Shown: positions 1-12,919, counted from the stretch's first letter. The stretch is 64,000 bases of DNA from Promethearchaeota archaeon (GCA_048941285.1 JBHLNS010000007.1:32351-96350), one strand, 5' to 3'. The notes: generated by a model not told the origin, from the letters alone. A program made the numbers and translations.

Positions 1-713
1 ATTGTACCGTTTCCTGTATGATAGGCATTATAGATACCATTAGTATCTGTAATGATACCTCCAGTAGGAAAATCAGGACCTTTAATTATTTCCATCAATT
101 CATCTATTGAAATATCAGGTTCATCTATAGTTGCTATTATTGAATTACAAACCTCTGTTATATTATGAGGTGCCATTGATGTTGCCATTCCTACAGCAAT
201 TCCCTTTGTACCATTTAATAAAATATTTGGAAGTTTAGCTGGCAAAAATAAGGGTTCAGATGTACTATTATCAAAATTAGGCACAAAATCAACAGTCTCT
301 TTATCAATATCTTCTATTAATTCATTTGAAATTTGTGATAATCTTGCTTCAGTATATCTGTAGGCAGCAGGAGGATCTCCATCTATAGAACCAAAATTCC
401 CTTGTGGATGGATTAGTGGATATCTTAGGGAAAAATCTTGTCCCATTCTTACTAATGAATTGTAGACTGCCATATCGCCATGAGGATGATAATTTCCTAA
501 TGTCTCACCTACAATTTTAGCGCATTTAACATGCGAACTTGTATAATACCAGTTATTTACAGCCATAGCATATATAATTCTTCTATGTACAGGTTTTAAT
601 CCATCCCTAACATCTGGGATCGCACGCCCAACGATTGTGGACATCGCATAGTCAATATAGCTACTTTGCATTTCATCTTTTAATAAAATCTCTTCAATTT
701 GTTCTGAAGTCAA
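1..713 (-). CDS. gyrA: DNA gyrase subunit A, N-terminal part (runs off window start)
   Basis: Manual translation from TTG at 713: [45 protein letters not shown]...YHPHGD...[20 protein letters not shown]; directly downstream of gyrB. Confidence 0.95.
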   Translation of the reverse strand, partial: MTSEQIEEILLKDEMQSSYIDYAMSTIVGRAIPDVRDGLKPVHRRIIYAMAVNNWYYTSSHVKCAKIVGETLGNYHPHGDMAVYNSLVRMGQDFSLRYPLIHPQGNFGSIDGDPPAAYRYTEARLSQISNELIEDIDKETVDFVPNFDNSTSEPLFLPAKLPNILLNGTKGIAVGMATSMAPHNITEVCNSIIATIDEPDISIDELMEIIKGPDFPTGGIITDTNGIYNAYHTGNGT

Positions 714-759
714 TTATAACACTTTTTTTTATAAATTAGTTTAATTTAATAAATGAAAA

Positions 760-2825
<2,066 letters not shown>

Positions 2826-3118
2826 TAGAAATCATATTAACAATTTTTGTAAAGGTAAATTTATCAAATCTAAAGTGAATTTATGTGATAATTTACAAAT
2901 TTACTAAGTAACTAGTGGTAACACTCATTTTTAAATATATCTGCACTTTTTCATCATTTTTGCATCATTCAAAAGAGACAATCCTTCTTGAAGAAGATTC
3001 ATAATAAGGAATAAGTTTATTAAATTAGCAATTTACTTGAAAAGAATAACAATTTTTAAAGATTTTGAGTTTATCAGCTCTAATTTTAATCATAATATTT
3101 TTATAAAACGCTCGATTT

Positions 3119-3982
3119 TCACTTGTTTTTTCGTAGTTCCTCTGCCATTTTAATGATTTCTAAAATCTGATCATTCACATCATGAGTTCGGATAATATGA
3201 GCTCCATTAAAAATTGCTATAGCTGTTGCAGAAAGAGTTCCATTTAGTCTATTTTCAGGATCGGGAATATTTAAGGTAGTTCCAATAAAAGATTTTCTTG
3301 AGATTGCGACTAAAATCGGTTTATTCAGTTTTTTAAGTTTTTGTAGATTTCCTATTATTTTTAAATCATGTAAATGAGTTTTTTCTTCAATCCAATGACC
3401 TATTCCTGGATCTAAAATAATTTTATCTTCACTGTAGCCTTTATTTTTTAATATCTTTATTGTATTCTCAAACTCATCAATAATCTCTTCTAGAGTACAC
3501 AAATCTCCTGGAATTTTTTTTGAAGCCATAATAATAATTGGCAAATCATTATTAATTATGAAATCTATTAGGGTAGGATCTGTTTTTAAACAACTAACAT
3601 CATTTATTATAATTTTCTTCTTCAAATTAGAAGCAATATTGAAAGCTTTTTCAGCTACTTCACGATATTGGGTATCAACAGATATTATTATGTTAGCGGG
3701 AATGATTTCACATATTATTTCAATAGCTTTTTTCATACGCTTTATTTCCTCTTCTATAGTTATTCTTTCAGACCATGGAGCGGTTGAACGGCCTCCGATA
3801 TCTAGTATGTGAACTCCTCTTTTTACCATTTCTAAAGTAGCTTTTCTAATCTTTTCAGATTCAGTATAAACCGAGCCTTTATAGAATGATTCAGGACTTA
3901 AATTTATAACACCCATTATCACAGTAGGAAAATCATCACCAATTTCAAGAAAATCATATAATTTAGTATATATTTTCTTCAT
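3119..3982 (-). CDS. folP: Dihydropteroate synthase
   Basis: IMGVINLSPESFY, DIGGRSTAP, SVDT, INDVS, LDPGIG, SRKSF, IRTHDV motifs. Confidence 0.92.
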   Translation of the reverse strand: MKKIYTKLYDFLEIGDDFPTVIMGVINLSPESFYKGSVYTESEKIRKATLEMVKRGVHILDIGGRSTAPWSERITIEEEIKRMKKAIEIICEIIPANIIISVDTQYREVAEKAFNIASNLKKKIIINDVSCLKTDPTLIDFIINNDLPIIIMASKKIPGDLCTLEEIIDEFENTIKILKNKGYSEDKIILDPGIGHWIEEKTHLHDLKIIGNLQKLKKLNKPILVAISRKSFIGTTLNIPDPENRLNGTLSATAIAIFNGAHIIRTHDVNDQILEIIKMAEELRKNK

Positions 3983-4038
3983 AGCTTCTCAATAAAATGA
4001 AAAAAATATATCAAATAAGTATTATTCTATCATGTGCT

Positions 4039-4824
4039 ATGGAGTTATTTTCGATAAGACTTCCTCTCATTAAAAAACATGACCCTTTATTGGATATTAT
4101 TATTAAAACCATCAAGGATCAAGGAAAGTCTTTAAGAGAAGGAGATATCATTGTTATTGCAGAGAAGGTGGTTGCAACATCTCAAGGAAGAGTTATAAAA
4201 TTATCTGAAGTAAAGAAGGTTTCACAAGAAGCCAAAAAGTTAGCAAAAGATTATGATATGGATGAGAGATATGTAGAATTAATATTACAGGAAGCATCGA
4301 TGATTCTGGGAGGAATGAGACATGTTATATTGGCAAAGGTCAATGATTTTCTTATTGCTAATGCAGGAATCGATCAATCTAATGCTGGTATTGGAAGCGT
4401 AGTTCTCCTACCGAATAAACTAAAGGAGGTTGTTTGGGATTATTGGAAAGAATTAAGAGCAGAGTTTGGAATAAAAAATTTTGGAATAATTATTGCTGAT
4501 TCAAGAGTCCAACCTCTAAGAAAAGGTACTATTGGAATTGCAATAGCTACTGCGGGATTTGAACCCATCGAAGATCTTCGAGGTCAACCAGATCTTTTTA
4601 AAAGACCAATGGAAATAACAATGAGAGCTGTAGCAGATGATCTTGCGAGTGCTGCTCAATTTCTATTAAGCGAAGCTGATCAACAGACTCCAGTGGTAAT
4701 CATAAGAGGGAGTAATGTGGAATTTACTGAAAACCCGAATACAACGCCAGAAATGGCTCCAGAAGAATGTCTCTATATGAATATCTTCTCTAAATATCTT
4801 CTTAAAAAACAAGAAGAAGATTAA
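4039..4824 (+). CDS. cofE: CofE-family gamma-glutamyl ligase (F420-0:L-glutamate ligase-like)
   Basis: GDIIVIAEKVVA, ANAGIDQSN, IIADS, DLRGQPDLF, ADDLASAA, PVVIIRG; likely start ATG 4039 (track starts 3997). Confidence 0.85.
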   Translation: MELFSIRLPLIKKHDPLLDIIIKTIKDQGKSLREGDIIVIAEKVVATSQGRVIKLSEVKKVSQEAKKLAKDYDMDERYVELILQEASMILGGMRHVILAKVNDFLIANAGIDQSNAGIGSVVLLPNKLKEVVWDYWKELRAEFGIKNFGIIIADSRVQPLRKGTIGIAIATAGFEPIEDLRGQPDLFKRPMEITMRAVADDLASAAQFLLSEADQQTPVVIIRGSNVEFTENPNTTPEMAPEECLYMNIFSKYLLKKQEED

Positions 4825-4960
4825 TCTTTAGGAATTTCTTATAACTCGCTTCTTCGAAATATAAAATCATATTTTATTATAAAATAATTCAGTCAAATTT
4901 TTTAGATTTCGATAATTAACTATGACATACTATATTGTAAATTAATCATTTAATTCGAAA

Positions 4961-6262
4961 ATGAAAGAATCGAAATATACTACAATCGAAGAGGCTATCC
5001 AGAAGGAATTAAGTAGTGTTAATTTAAGAGGTTGGGTATATAGAGAAAGAAAATCAAACAAATTTGTTTTCATTGTTCTACGAGATGAATCAGACATTAT
5101 ACAGTGTGTTATATCTAAGGAGAAGAATCCAGAAGTTTTTGATAAAGCAGAGAACTTAACAATTGAATCTTCTATTAAAGTTTCAGGAGTATTAAAAAAA
5201 GATGAAAGAGCTCCTACTGGTTATGAAGTTTCTGTATCTGATTTAGAAATTGTTCAAATTGCAGAACCTTTTCCTATTACAGAACATCAATCTCCTGAAC
5301 TTCTATACGATAATAGACATCTCTGGATTAGATCAAGACAGCTAAATGCCATATTAAAGATTCGTCATACAGTTGTAGGAGCAATTCATGAATTCTTTAG
5401 AAGTCATGGTTATTATGAATTTGACGCTCCAATATTTCAACCTAGTCAATCTGAAGGGGGTGCAACTCTATTTGAAGTCAAATATTTTGATGATATAACA
5501 TATCTCTCCCAAACTTGGCAATTATATGCAGAAGCGGGTATTTTCTCATTGGGAAAAATCTATAATATGGGGCCAACATTTCGAGCAGAAAAATCAAAAA
5601 CATCAAGACATTTATCAGAATTTTGGATGGCAGAAATGGAAGCTGCATGGATGCAGCTTGACGAAGTTACTGAAGTTGCTAAAGATGAAATTAGATTTAT
5701 TGTTAAGCAAGTCTTGAAACACAATCGAAAAGAACTAGAAATTTTAGAGAGAGATATTAGTTTGTTAGAACATTATGCAGAAGCAGAATATCCTACAATA
5801 AAGTATTCCGAAGCTTTAGAAATACTCAATACCAAATATAAAATGAATGTTCCTTGGGGTAAGGATTTAAGAACTCTTGAAGAAGCAAAAATTGCAGATC
5901 ATTTTAATGTTCCAGTTGTTGTTACACATTATCCAACTGAAATTATGGGATTTTATAAACCCCCTAGTGAAGAAAATCCAAAAGAAGCATTATGTTTTGA
6001 TATGTTAGCACCTGAAGGGTATTGTGAAATTGTTGGTGGATCAGAAAGAAGCTTACTGGTTGAAAATATGATAAAAAGATTAGAAAAGGATGGAGAAGAT
6101 CCAAAAAACTATGATTGGTATTTTCAATTAAGACGTTATGGGAGTGTTCCTCATTCAGGTTATGGAGTAGGTGTTGAGAGAGTTATTATGTGGTTATGTG
6201 GTATAGACAATATTAAAGATGCCATTCCATTCCCTAGGACTATGCTAAGAAAAGCCCCTTAA
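4961..6262 (+). CDS. asnS: Asparagine--tRNA ligase
   Basis: OB-fold N-terminus, YLSQTWQLY, FRAEKSKTSRHLSEFWMAEME, EIVGGSER, PHSGYGVGVER. Confidence 0.9.
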   Translation: MKESKYTTIEEAIQKELSSVNLRGWVYRERKSNKFVFIVLRDESDIIQCVISKEKNPEVFDKAENLTIESSIKVSGVLKKDERAPTGYEVSVSDLEIVQIAEPFPITEHQSPELLYDNRHLWIRSRQLNAILKIRHTVVGAIHEFFRSHGYYEFDAPIFQPSQSEGGATLFEVKYFDDITYLSQTWQLYAEAGIFSLGKIYNMGPTFRAEKSKTSRHLSEFWMAEMEAAWMQLDEVTEVAKDEIRFIVKQVLKHNRKELEILERDISLLEHYAEAEYPTIKYSEALEILNTKYKMNVPWGKDLRTLEEAKIADHFNVPVVVTHYPTEIMGFYKPPSEENPKEALCFDMLAPEGYCEIVGGSERSLLVENMIKRLEKDGEDPKNYDWYFQLRRYGSVPHSGYGVGVERVIMWLCGIDNIKDAIPFPRTMLRKAP

Positions 6263-6415
6263 AAAAAAGATTAATAATTTTAAGGTTTTTATTCTTAATA
6301 TTTCGATAAGGACATTATAGTTTTAGTGAAATTTTTTAGAGGTCAAGCTTTTAATTGATTTAAGAAATTAACAATGATTTTCCTTGAATAAATTCAAATT
6401 TTTGTCTCAGTTCTC

Positions 6416-7897
6416 ATGAAAGTTTATGAATTTATGGCACACGAATTAATTGAAAAGATTAGAAATAAAGAATTTTCAATTTTAGAATTAATTGAAGCAT
6501 GTTTTGAGAGGATAGGTGAAACTGAGCATACTTTACATTCATTTGTTAATTTAGCTAAAGAAAAAGCTTTAAACAAAGCAAAATCACTTGATAAAGATTT
6601 AAAAGAAAACAAGAGAATAGGTCGACTTTATGGTCTCCCATTAGCAAATAAAGACTTAATTTGTGTTAAAAATTTTCCAACAACTTGTTGCTCAAAAATT
6701 CTAAACAATTATCGCCCTCCATATAATGCATTTGCAATTAAGCGCTTAGTTGAACAAGAAGGAGCAATTCATATAGGAAATACTAATATGGATGAATTTG
6801 CAATGGGCAGTTCTACAGAGAATAGCTGCTATGGTCCTACTTATAATCCATGGGATATCTCAAGAGTTCCTGGAGGATCAAGTGGTGGTTCTGCAGCAAG
6901 TATCGCATCAGGGCAAGCAATTTTATCTTTGGGAAGTGACACTGGGGGGAGTATTCGATGTCCTGCTGCTTTTTGCGGGATTGTTGGATTAAAACCAACT
7001 TACGGCAGAGTCTCTAGATATGGGTTAGTTGCTTTTGCAAATTCATTAGATCAGATCGGGCCAATTACTAAATGTGTTTTTGATTCAGCATTAATGCTTG
7101 AAATTATATCAGGTAAAGATCCTCTTGATTCAACCTCGATTGATATTGAAGTTGATAAATATACAGAAGAATTAAAGAATCCAATTGACAAGAAGGTTTT
7201 AGGAGTGCCAAAAGAATTTTTTGGTGAGGGTCTTGATAATGAGGTGCGTAGTACCATAAAAAGAGCTATTGATAAATTAGAGAGTTTAGGAGCAAAAATA
7301 ATAGATATCTCAATTCCACATCTTGAATATAGTGTAGCTACATATTATTTGTTATGTATGAGTGAGGCTAGTTCAAATTTAGCGAGATATGATGGTTTAA
7401 GATATGGTAATATGAGTGATGATCTTTCTGGTGATGTATATGACGTTTTTAGTAGGACTAGGAGTGAACAATTTGGTCCAGAAGTACGTAGAAGAATTAT
7501 TTTGGGTACTTATGCCTTATCAGCAGGGTATTATGATATGTTCTATATAAAAGCTCTTAAAGTTCGTTCATTAATAAAAAATGATTTTGTTGAGGCTTTT
7601 AAAAAATGTGATTCCATTGTTTGTCCTACAATGCCTTCGACAGCTTTTCAGATTGGTGAATTTATTGATGATCCTTTACAGATGTATATAGCAGACATCT
7701 TAACCTGCCCTGTTAACCTAGCTGGCCTCCCAGCATTGTCAATACCATGTGGATTTGATAGTAATGATTTACCTATTGGATTTCAAATTATAGGCGATTA
7801 TTTTGATGAGAAGGGAATTCTTAATATTGGATACCAATTAGAAAAAGATCTAAACATTTATCGTAAGATTGCTCCAGTTACTAAAGGTGGTAAATGA
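6416..7897 (+). CDS. gatA: Asp/Glu-tRNA amidotransferase subunit A
   Basis: Amidase signature PGGSSGGSA, LGSDTGGSIR, EASSNLARYDG, EVRRRIILGT. Confidence 0.95.
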   Translation: MKVYEFMAHELIEKIRNKEFSILELIEACFERIGETEHTLHSFVNLAKEKALNKAKSLDKDLKENKRIGRLYGLPLANKDLICVKNFPTTCCSKILNNYRPPYNAFAIKRLVEQEGAIHIGNTNMDEFAMGSSTENSCYGPTYNPWDISRVPGGSSGGSAASIASGQAILSLGSDTGGSIRCPAAFCGIVGLKPTYGRVSRYGLVAFANSLDQIGPITKCVFDSALMLEIISGKDPLDSTSIDIEVDKYTEELKNPIDKKVLGVPKEFFGEGLDNEVRSTIKRAIDKLESLGAKIIDISIPHLEYSVATYYLLCMSEASSNLARYDGLRYGNMSDDLSGDVYDVFSRTRSEQFGPEVRRRIILGTYALSAGYYDMFYIKALKVRSLIKNDFVEAFKKCDSIVCPTMPSTAFQIGEFIDDPLQMYIADILTCPVNLAGLPALSIPCGFDSNDLPIGFQIIGDYFDEKGILNIGYQLEKDLNIYRKIAPVTKGGK

Positions 7898-7898
7898 T

Positions 7899-9368
7899 TT
7901 GAGCAGTGAAAATAATAATGTAATTATTGGATTAGAAGTACATATTCAATTATCCAATCTCAAAACTAAACTTTTTTGTAGCTGTAGTAATGATTATCGA
8001 GGAGCAGAGCCAAATACTCATGTATGTCCCATCTGTATTGGATTACCTGGTACACTTCCTGTAATTAATGAAAAAGCAATTGAATTTGCTACCAGATTAG
8101 CAATAGCACTAAATTGTGATATCAACAATAATTTTTGGTTCTTTAGAAAGAATTATTTTTATCCTGATATGTCTAAGAACTTTCAGATTAGCCAATATAA
8201 TAAATCTGGTGGAAGAGCTTTTGCAGATAATGGGAAAATTACTATCAAATTAAATTCTCATAAGAAAAATATAATTCTTAATCGAATTCATTTAGAAGAA
8301 GATCCGGCTAGATTAGTTCACAAAGGAAGTATAGCAACTTCACCTTACACACTTGTTGATTATAATAGATCAGGTGTTTGCCTAATAGAAATTGTAACTG
8401 AACCTGTAATTAGCTCACCGGAAGAAGCTCGAGAATTTTTAAAACAATTAAAATCAATTGTACAATATTCTGGAATTTCAAATCTTGATCTTGAAGGTTC
8501 AGTTAGAGTAGATGCAAATATATCAATAAAAGGTCATGATCGGAGTGAAGTTAAAAATATTAATAGTTTTAAAGAAGTTGAACGAGCTTTAAGACATGAA
8601 ATTGTTAGACAAAAAAATTTACTAAAAAGAGGAAGAGAATTAATACAAGAAACAAGACATTGGGATGATAAAAGGAGAATCACAATTTCCATGAGAACTA
8701 AAGAATTCGAAGCAGATTACCGTTATTTTCCGGAACAAGATTTAGTTCCAATACAAATTGATGATAAATATGTAAAGAAGGTAGAGGATGAATTACCTGA
8801 GATGCCAAATGAGAGATCTTTGAGACTTCGAAGAGATTACAATTTATCTGAATTTGATTCTGATAATTTAGTATTAGACAAGGATATTGCTGATTTTTAT
8901 GAAGATGGTGTAAACTCTGAGGCTTCGTTCGGTCCTGAGGAATATAAACAATTTTGTAATTGGCTAATGAATGATATTTTAAGATGGTTAAATGAACATG
9001 ACAAATCTCTAAAAGATACAAAACTTCACCCCCATCAAATAGTTGAATTAATAAACAATGTCACTGAGGGCAAAATAACAACCAAAATTGCTAAAAGTAT
9101 TATCAATGATATGATGAAGGGACATTCAATTCAAGTAATTCTTGAAATGAGAGGTAAAAAAAGAATTTCAGAAGATAAGCTTTTAATAAATATTAGTAAA
9201 GAAGTTATTGAAGAGAATCCTAAAATTGTAATAGATTGTCGAGAAAACCCAAAGGCAATAGAAGCGTTAATAGGACGAGTTATGGGTAAGACTAGAGGAC
9301 AAGCTGATCCTCATATAACTCGAAAAATAATAATTGAAAATTTGAAGAAAAAAGGAATAATAAAATAG
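7899..9368 (+). CDS. gatB: Asp/Glu-tRNA amidotransferase subunit B
   Basis: IGLEVHIQL, CPICIGLPG, RKNYFYPD, HLEED, DYRYFPE; likely TTG start at 7899 after AAGGTGG. Confidence 0.95.
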   Translation: MSSENNNVIIGLEVHIQLSNLKTKLFCSCSNDYRGAEPNTHVCPICIGLPGTLPVINEKAIEFATRLAIALNCDINNNFWFFRKNYFYPDMSKNFQISQYNKSGGRAFADNGKITIKLNSHKKNIILNRIHLEEDPARLVHKGSIATSPYTLVDYNRSGVCLIEIVTEPVISSPEEAREFLKQLKSIVQYSGISNLDLEGSVRVDANISIKGHDRSEVKNINSFKEVERALRHEIVRQKNLLKRGRELIQETRHWDDKRRITISMRTKEFEADYRYFPEQDLVPIQIDDKYVKKVEDELPEMPNERSLRLRRDYNLSEFDSDNLVLDKDIADFYEDGVNSEASFGPEEYKQFCNWLMNDILRWLNEHDKSLKDTKLHPHQIVELINNVTEGKITTKIAKSIINDMMKGHSIQVILEMRGKKRISEDKLLINISKEVIEENPKIVIDCRENPKAIEALIGRVMGKTRGQADPHITRKIIIENLKKKGIIK

Positions 9369-9391
9369 CTAAAAATAATATTTAATTTTAT

Positions 9392-10297
9392 TTAGTGTGA
9401 AACTATCTTCTCTTCTATAAATCCACTATACTTTAAACCATTAATCATCATATTTATAAAAATTTCAAATGCCTTCTCGGTCCAAAACTTAGAGTTAGGA
9501 GTTATAGTTTGGTAGTATTTACTTGTTATATACTCAATTGAAGGATTTTCATTATACCATTCAATAAGGGAATTCTTAACTTTAAAATATGAATCTTCCA
9601 TTTCATTCAAAATTTGAGTAAAATGTGCATCTTTCCATATACCAAAATGAGCTAGGGATATTGAATCTATTTTATCCTCCAAATTTCTTAATTTATTAAA
9701 AGTTTTTAGAAGCTCTTCTTCGTTAAATTCAGGAGGCATGAGAGGGACAAAAAAAGCATTCTCGTCTAATCTCATAATTATAGCATCCCCTACAAATAAA
9801 TTTCTATTTTTTTTATCAAATAAAGCTATAGAATCCATCGTATGTCCATAAAAGTTCATTACTTCTAATTCCAATCCATTTATATCAATGATATCACCTT
9901 CCTTTAACGGAGTTACTTCTTGTTCAAACGGATATAGATCACCCATACCTTCATATCCTTTCATCATTCTTTCTGGATTTCGCAAATTATCTACAGCATT
10001 TTCTGCCGCTAACACCTCAACTTCACTCTCTTTCATCGAATTTATTATCTTAGATAAACCTTGAGCGTGATCCCAATGGGAATGAGATAAAATAATTTTA
10101 TCAATAGGATATACCCCAAGATCTTTGATTTTTTTTATGATTTTGCGAGATTTTAATGTTTCTCCAACATCAATCATCAGACGCATTCCGCCATGTTCAA
10201 TAATATAAATTGAAAGAAATTTTTGCGTTCCCATTGTCATTCCATCTATAAGATAATAATTATCATTAATTTTGCCTTCGGAATTTATAATTGTCAT
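9392..10297 (-). CDS. Metallo-beta-lactamase fold hydrolase
   Basis: SHSHWDH, GHT, GDA, AHFG motifs. Confidence 0.85.
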   Translation of the reverse strand: MTIINSEGKINDNYYLIDGMTMGTQKFLSIYIIEHGGMRLMIDVGETLKSRKIIKKIKDLGVYPIDKIILSHSHWDHAQGLSKIINSMKESEVEVLAAENAVDNLRNPERMMKGYEGMGDLYPFEQEVTPLKEGDIIDINGLELEVMNFYGHTMDSIALFDKKNRNLFVGDAIIMRLDENAFFVPLMPPEFNEEELLKTFNKLRNLEDKIDSISLAHFGIWKDAHFTQILNEMEDSYFKVKNSLIEWYNENPSIEYITSKYYQTITPNSKFWTEKAFEIFINMMINGLKYSGFIEEKIVSH

Positions 10298-10422
10298 TCA
10301 AATCACCTTACAATTTTTTTATAAGATAAGTATTTTGATTATGATTTAAATCTTAGGTAAGGCATCTAGAGCTGAAAAAAAGCCCCCTAAAATTTAGTAT
10401 TTTAAAAAAAATAATAAAAAAA

Positions 10423-10785
10423 TTAAATCAATGATGAGAGTGCTGAACTAGCAGCATCTAATTTTAAATTTATTATACCTAATTTTGCTTCACGGGTAGT
10501 TATTATAGTTAATATATTGCCCTTAATTTCACTAAATAGGATTTTCCCTTTTTCAGATTCAATAATTGCACTAAAAAATTGACCTTGTTCCAATTCTTTT
10601 GTTGCTCTCTGGCTAGCTTTCAAAACTAGAGTAACCATCGCGGCTACTGCCTCAGGATCTACCCATCCTGGCAAAGCACTTCCTTTTATTAGCCCAAATT
10701 TCTCAATTATGGCAGCTCCGTGAACTCCCTTTATTGCTTTCAAGCTATTAAGAATTTCAGTGATTCTTTCACTCATATAACTCAA
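10423..10785 (-). CDS. Roadblock/LC7 domain protein
   Basis: 120 aa with GVHGAAII..GLI, AAM, ELEQG, IIESEKGKI, AKLGII pattern typical of roadblock/MglB. Confidence 0.85.
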   Translation of the reverse strand: MSYMSERITEILNSLKAIKGVHGAAIIEKFGLIKGSALPGWVDPEAVAAMVTLVLKASQRATKELEQGQFFSAIIESEKGKILFSEIKGNILTIITTREAKLGIINLKLDAASSALSSLI

Positions 10786-10893
10786 ACTATATTTATTTAA
10801 TGAGAAAATTATTTCTTTATTTATTATGTAAGATTTAATTATATTTAAGTATAAGAATCTTGCTTAAAAAAGCTATTTTTTCTTAACTTATCA

Positions 10894-12066
10894 ATGGAAA
10901 AACAACAAAAAAGTATTGAGCCCCAAATGGTAGATATTATTTTTCGTCATTATAGAGAAGGAGATGAAAAACAACTTGCAGAATTATTTAATCAGGCATT
11001 CAAAAGAAGTGTTGTTATAAGAACATCTACTGGATGGCATTGGAGATATGTCAAATCCCCGGGATTTGAACCAGAAATGTGTCAAATTGCAGAAGATGTT
11101 GATAGAAATATAATTGTTGGAGCTATTCTAGTTAATTTAATAGAAACAAGACCATTTGGTCAAAAGAAATACTTAATAGGTGATTTAAATGATGTTTCTA
11201 CTCATCCTAATTATACTAAAAGAGGAATAGCAACAAAATTGATGGAAAATTCAATCGATTATATGAAGAAAAAAGGATGTGACTTTTCAATGCTAAGTAC
11301 AGGATTAAGAAGTTTTGCTAGAACTAATATATATCAAAAATTTGGATATTTTGATCTAGAAAAGGAGTATTATTTTGTTCAAATTCCCAGTGCTGTTCAA
11401 CTTATCAGAAATTTTTTGGGATTTGCTTTTCTCTTTCCTATAGTTTTAACCCTCTCCTATTTACCACGATTTTTAAATAGACTAAGATTAAAATTCAATA
11501 ATTTCCTTAAAGACTTTTCTTATGAAATTAATCATAATACGAAACATTTTGAATTTATGAATAGCATTAATAGGATTAGCCCAAAAATTTATGAAGGCTA
11601 TCCTAGATATGATCATTTAAAATTTAATTGGGCAAGAATAAATGTTCCTGCTAATAACAATAGACCGACTTATATTATAATAAAAAAAGGGGGAGAGCCT
11701 GTTGGTGGTGCTGTTATTACTCATCAACTTATTAAAGCCCATAAATATGGGTTGAAATTAAGATTAGGAATTATTCATGAAATATTTCTGAACAAAAGTA
11801 CGTTTAATAACTTTTATAATCATTATCTAGGATATGTTTATTTAGTTGATAAAATCCTTAAAGCTGCTACCCATAGACATTTAGGGATATTATTGTATAC
11901 GTCTAGTTTTAACGCAAATTATTTAAACCAAGCATTTAGAGGGATGAGTTTTTTCAAGATACAAAATGATGTAATAATGGTGAAAGAGTTAAAGAAGAAT
12001 CTTAAGTTCCCTAAACTCAAAAAACCTCTATTTATTCCAACGTATTTGACTTTAGGTGTGGTTTAA
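10894..12066 (+). CDS. GNAT family N-acetyltransferase
   Basis: VSTHPNYTKRGIATKLM acetyl-CoA motif, YQKFGY. Confidence 0.85.
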   Translation: MEKQQKSIEPQMVDIIFRHYREGDEKQLAELFNQAFKRSVVIRTSTGWHWRYVKSPGFEPEMCQIAEDVDRNIIVGAILVNLIETRPFGQKKYLIGDLNDVSTHPNYTKRGIATKLMENSIDYMKKKGCDFSMLSTGLRSFARTNIYQKFGYFDLEKEYYFVQIPSAVQLIRNFLGFAFLFPIVLTLSYLPRFLNRLRLKFNNFLKDFSYEINHNTKHFEFMNSINRISPKIYEGYPRYDHLKFNWARINVPANNNRPTYIIIKKGGEPVGGAVITHQLIKAHKYGLKLRLGIIHEIFLNKSTFNNFYNHYLGYVYLVDKILKAATHRHLGILLYTSSFNANYLNQAFRGMSFFKIQNDVIMVKELKKNLKFPKLKKPLFIPTYLTLGVV

Positions 12067-12136
12067 AAGACAAAAACATAAATATTCAATTTTTGATATT
12101 TATTGTAACTAAATTTTAATATTTGGAGTAGGGTTA

Positions 12137-12919
12137 ATGGGAAAAGAAGTTGATGAAGGTAAAAAAATATTTAAAGAAGCATTTGACGTACTAAATGATT
12201 ATTTCGAAGAAAAACGATCTGACACCGTAATGGAAGAAGAAAAGAAAGCTAAAAAGGGAAAGGTAGCTTTAGCTAAATTTTCAAAAGGTCTGATTGGAAA
12301 AACAGATAAAATTAATTTCAGGATTTTAATTGGACATAAAAAAGAAATTGGAGACTGTATTTATGAAGCTGTCTATTTAAGTGATAAAAAGGAACCGAAA
12401 ATTTACATTTTTAAAGTTAATTCGGGAAAGCCTTGCAGTACAGTCCTAATTAATTTCAAGGAAGAAGATTGGAATGGCTATAAAAAAGTTGAGAAATTCA
12501 AATCACTAACAAAATTCTTAGAATCTGCATATAATGATGGGATTTATTACAAAGGAAAGAAGGAAAAAAAAGAAGACGCGTTAAATAGACTTATTAAAGG
12601 TCTAAAAAGATCCCTAGAAGCAGTTGAAGATGAAGAAAAAGCAAAAAAAGGAGATAATAGTCCAATTGCTTTGAAAATAGCCAAGTTTGTAGCGGTAGCG
12701 GCAGTAACTACGATAGTTTCAGCAGCATTAACTCCAGCAGCGGGTGTTATAGCCCAAGAAATTGCAGGGGGTGGATCTATCACAGGTGATGTTTTAGGCG
12801 CAGCTGCTCAGGCTGCAGGAGAAGGATTAAAAAATTTAGTGGATCCCGCAAACATAGCAAAAAAAATTGTAACCAAAGTTATTACGAAAGGTAAAGATTT
12901 ACCCGGAACAAATAAATAA
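12137..12919 (+). CDS. Hypothetical protein with Ala/Gly-rich hydrophobic C-terminal helices
   Basis: 260-aa ORF, GGAG upstream; charged N-terminal domain followed by AVAAVTTIVSAALTPAAG...VLGAAAQAAG. Confidence 0.7.
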   Translation: MGKEVDEGKKIFKEAFDVLNDYFEEKRSDTVMEEEKKAKKGKVALAKFSKGLIGKTDKINFRILIGHKKEIGDCIYEAVYLSDKKEPKIYIFKVNSGKPCSTVLINFKEEDWNGYKKVEKFKSLTKFLESAYNDGIYYKGKKEKKEDALNRLIKGLKRSLEAVEDEEKAKKGDNSPIALKIAKFVAVAAVTTIVSAALTPAAGVIAQEIAGGGSITGDVLGAAAQAAGEGLKNLVDPANIAKKIVTKVITKGKDLPGTNK

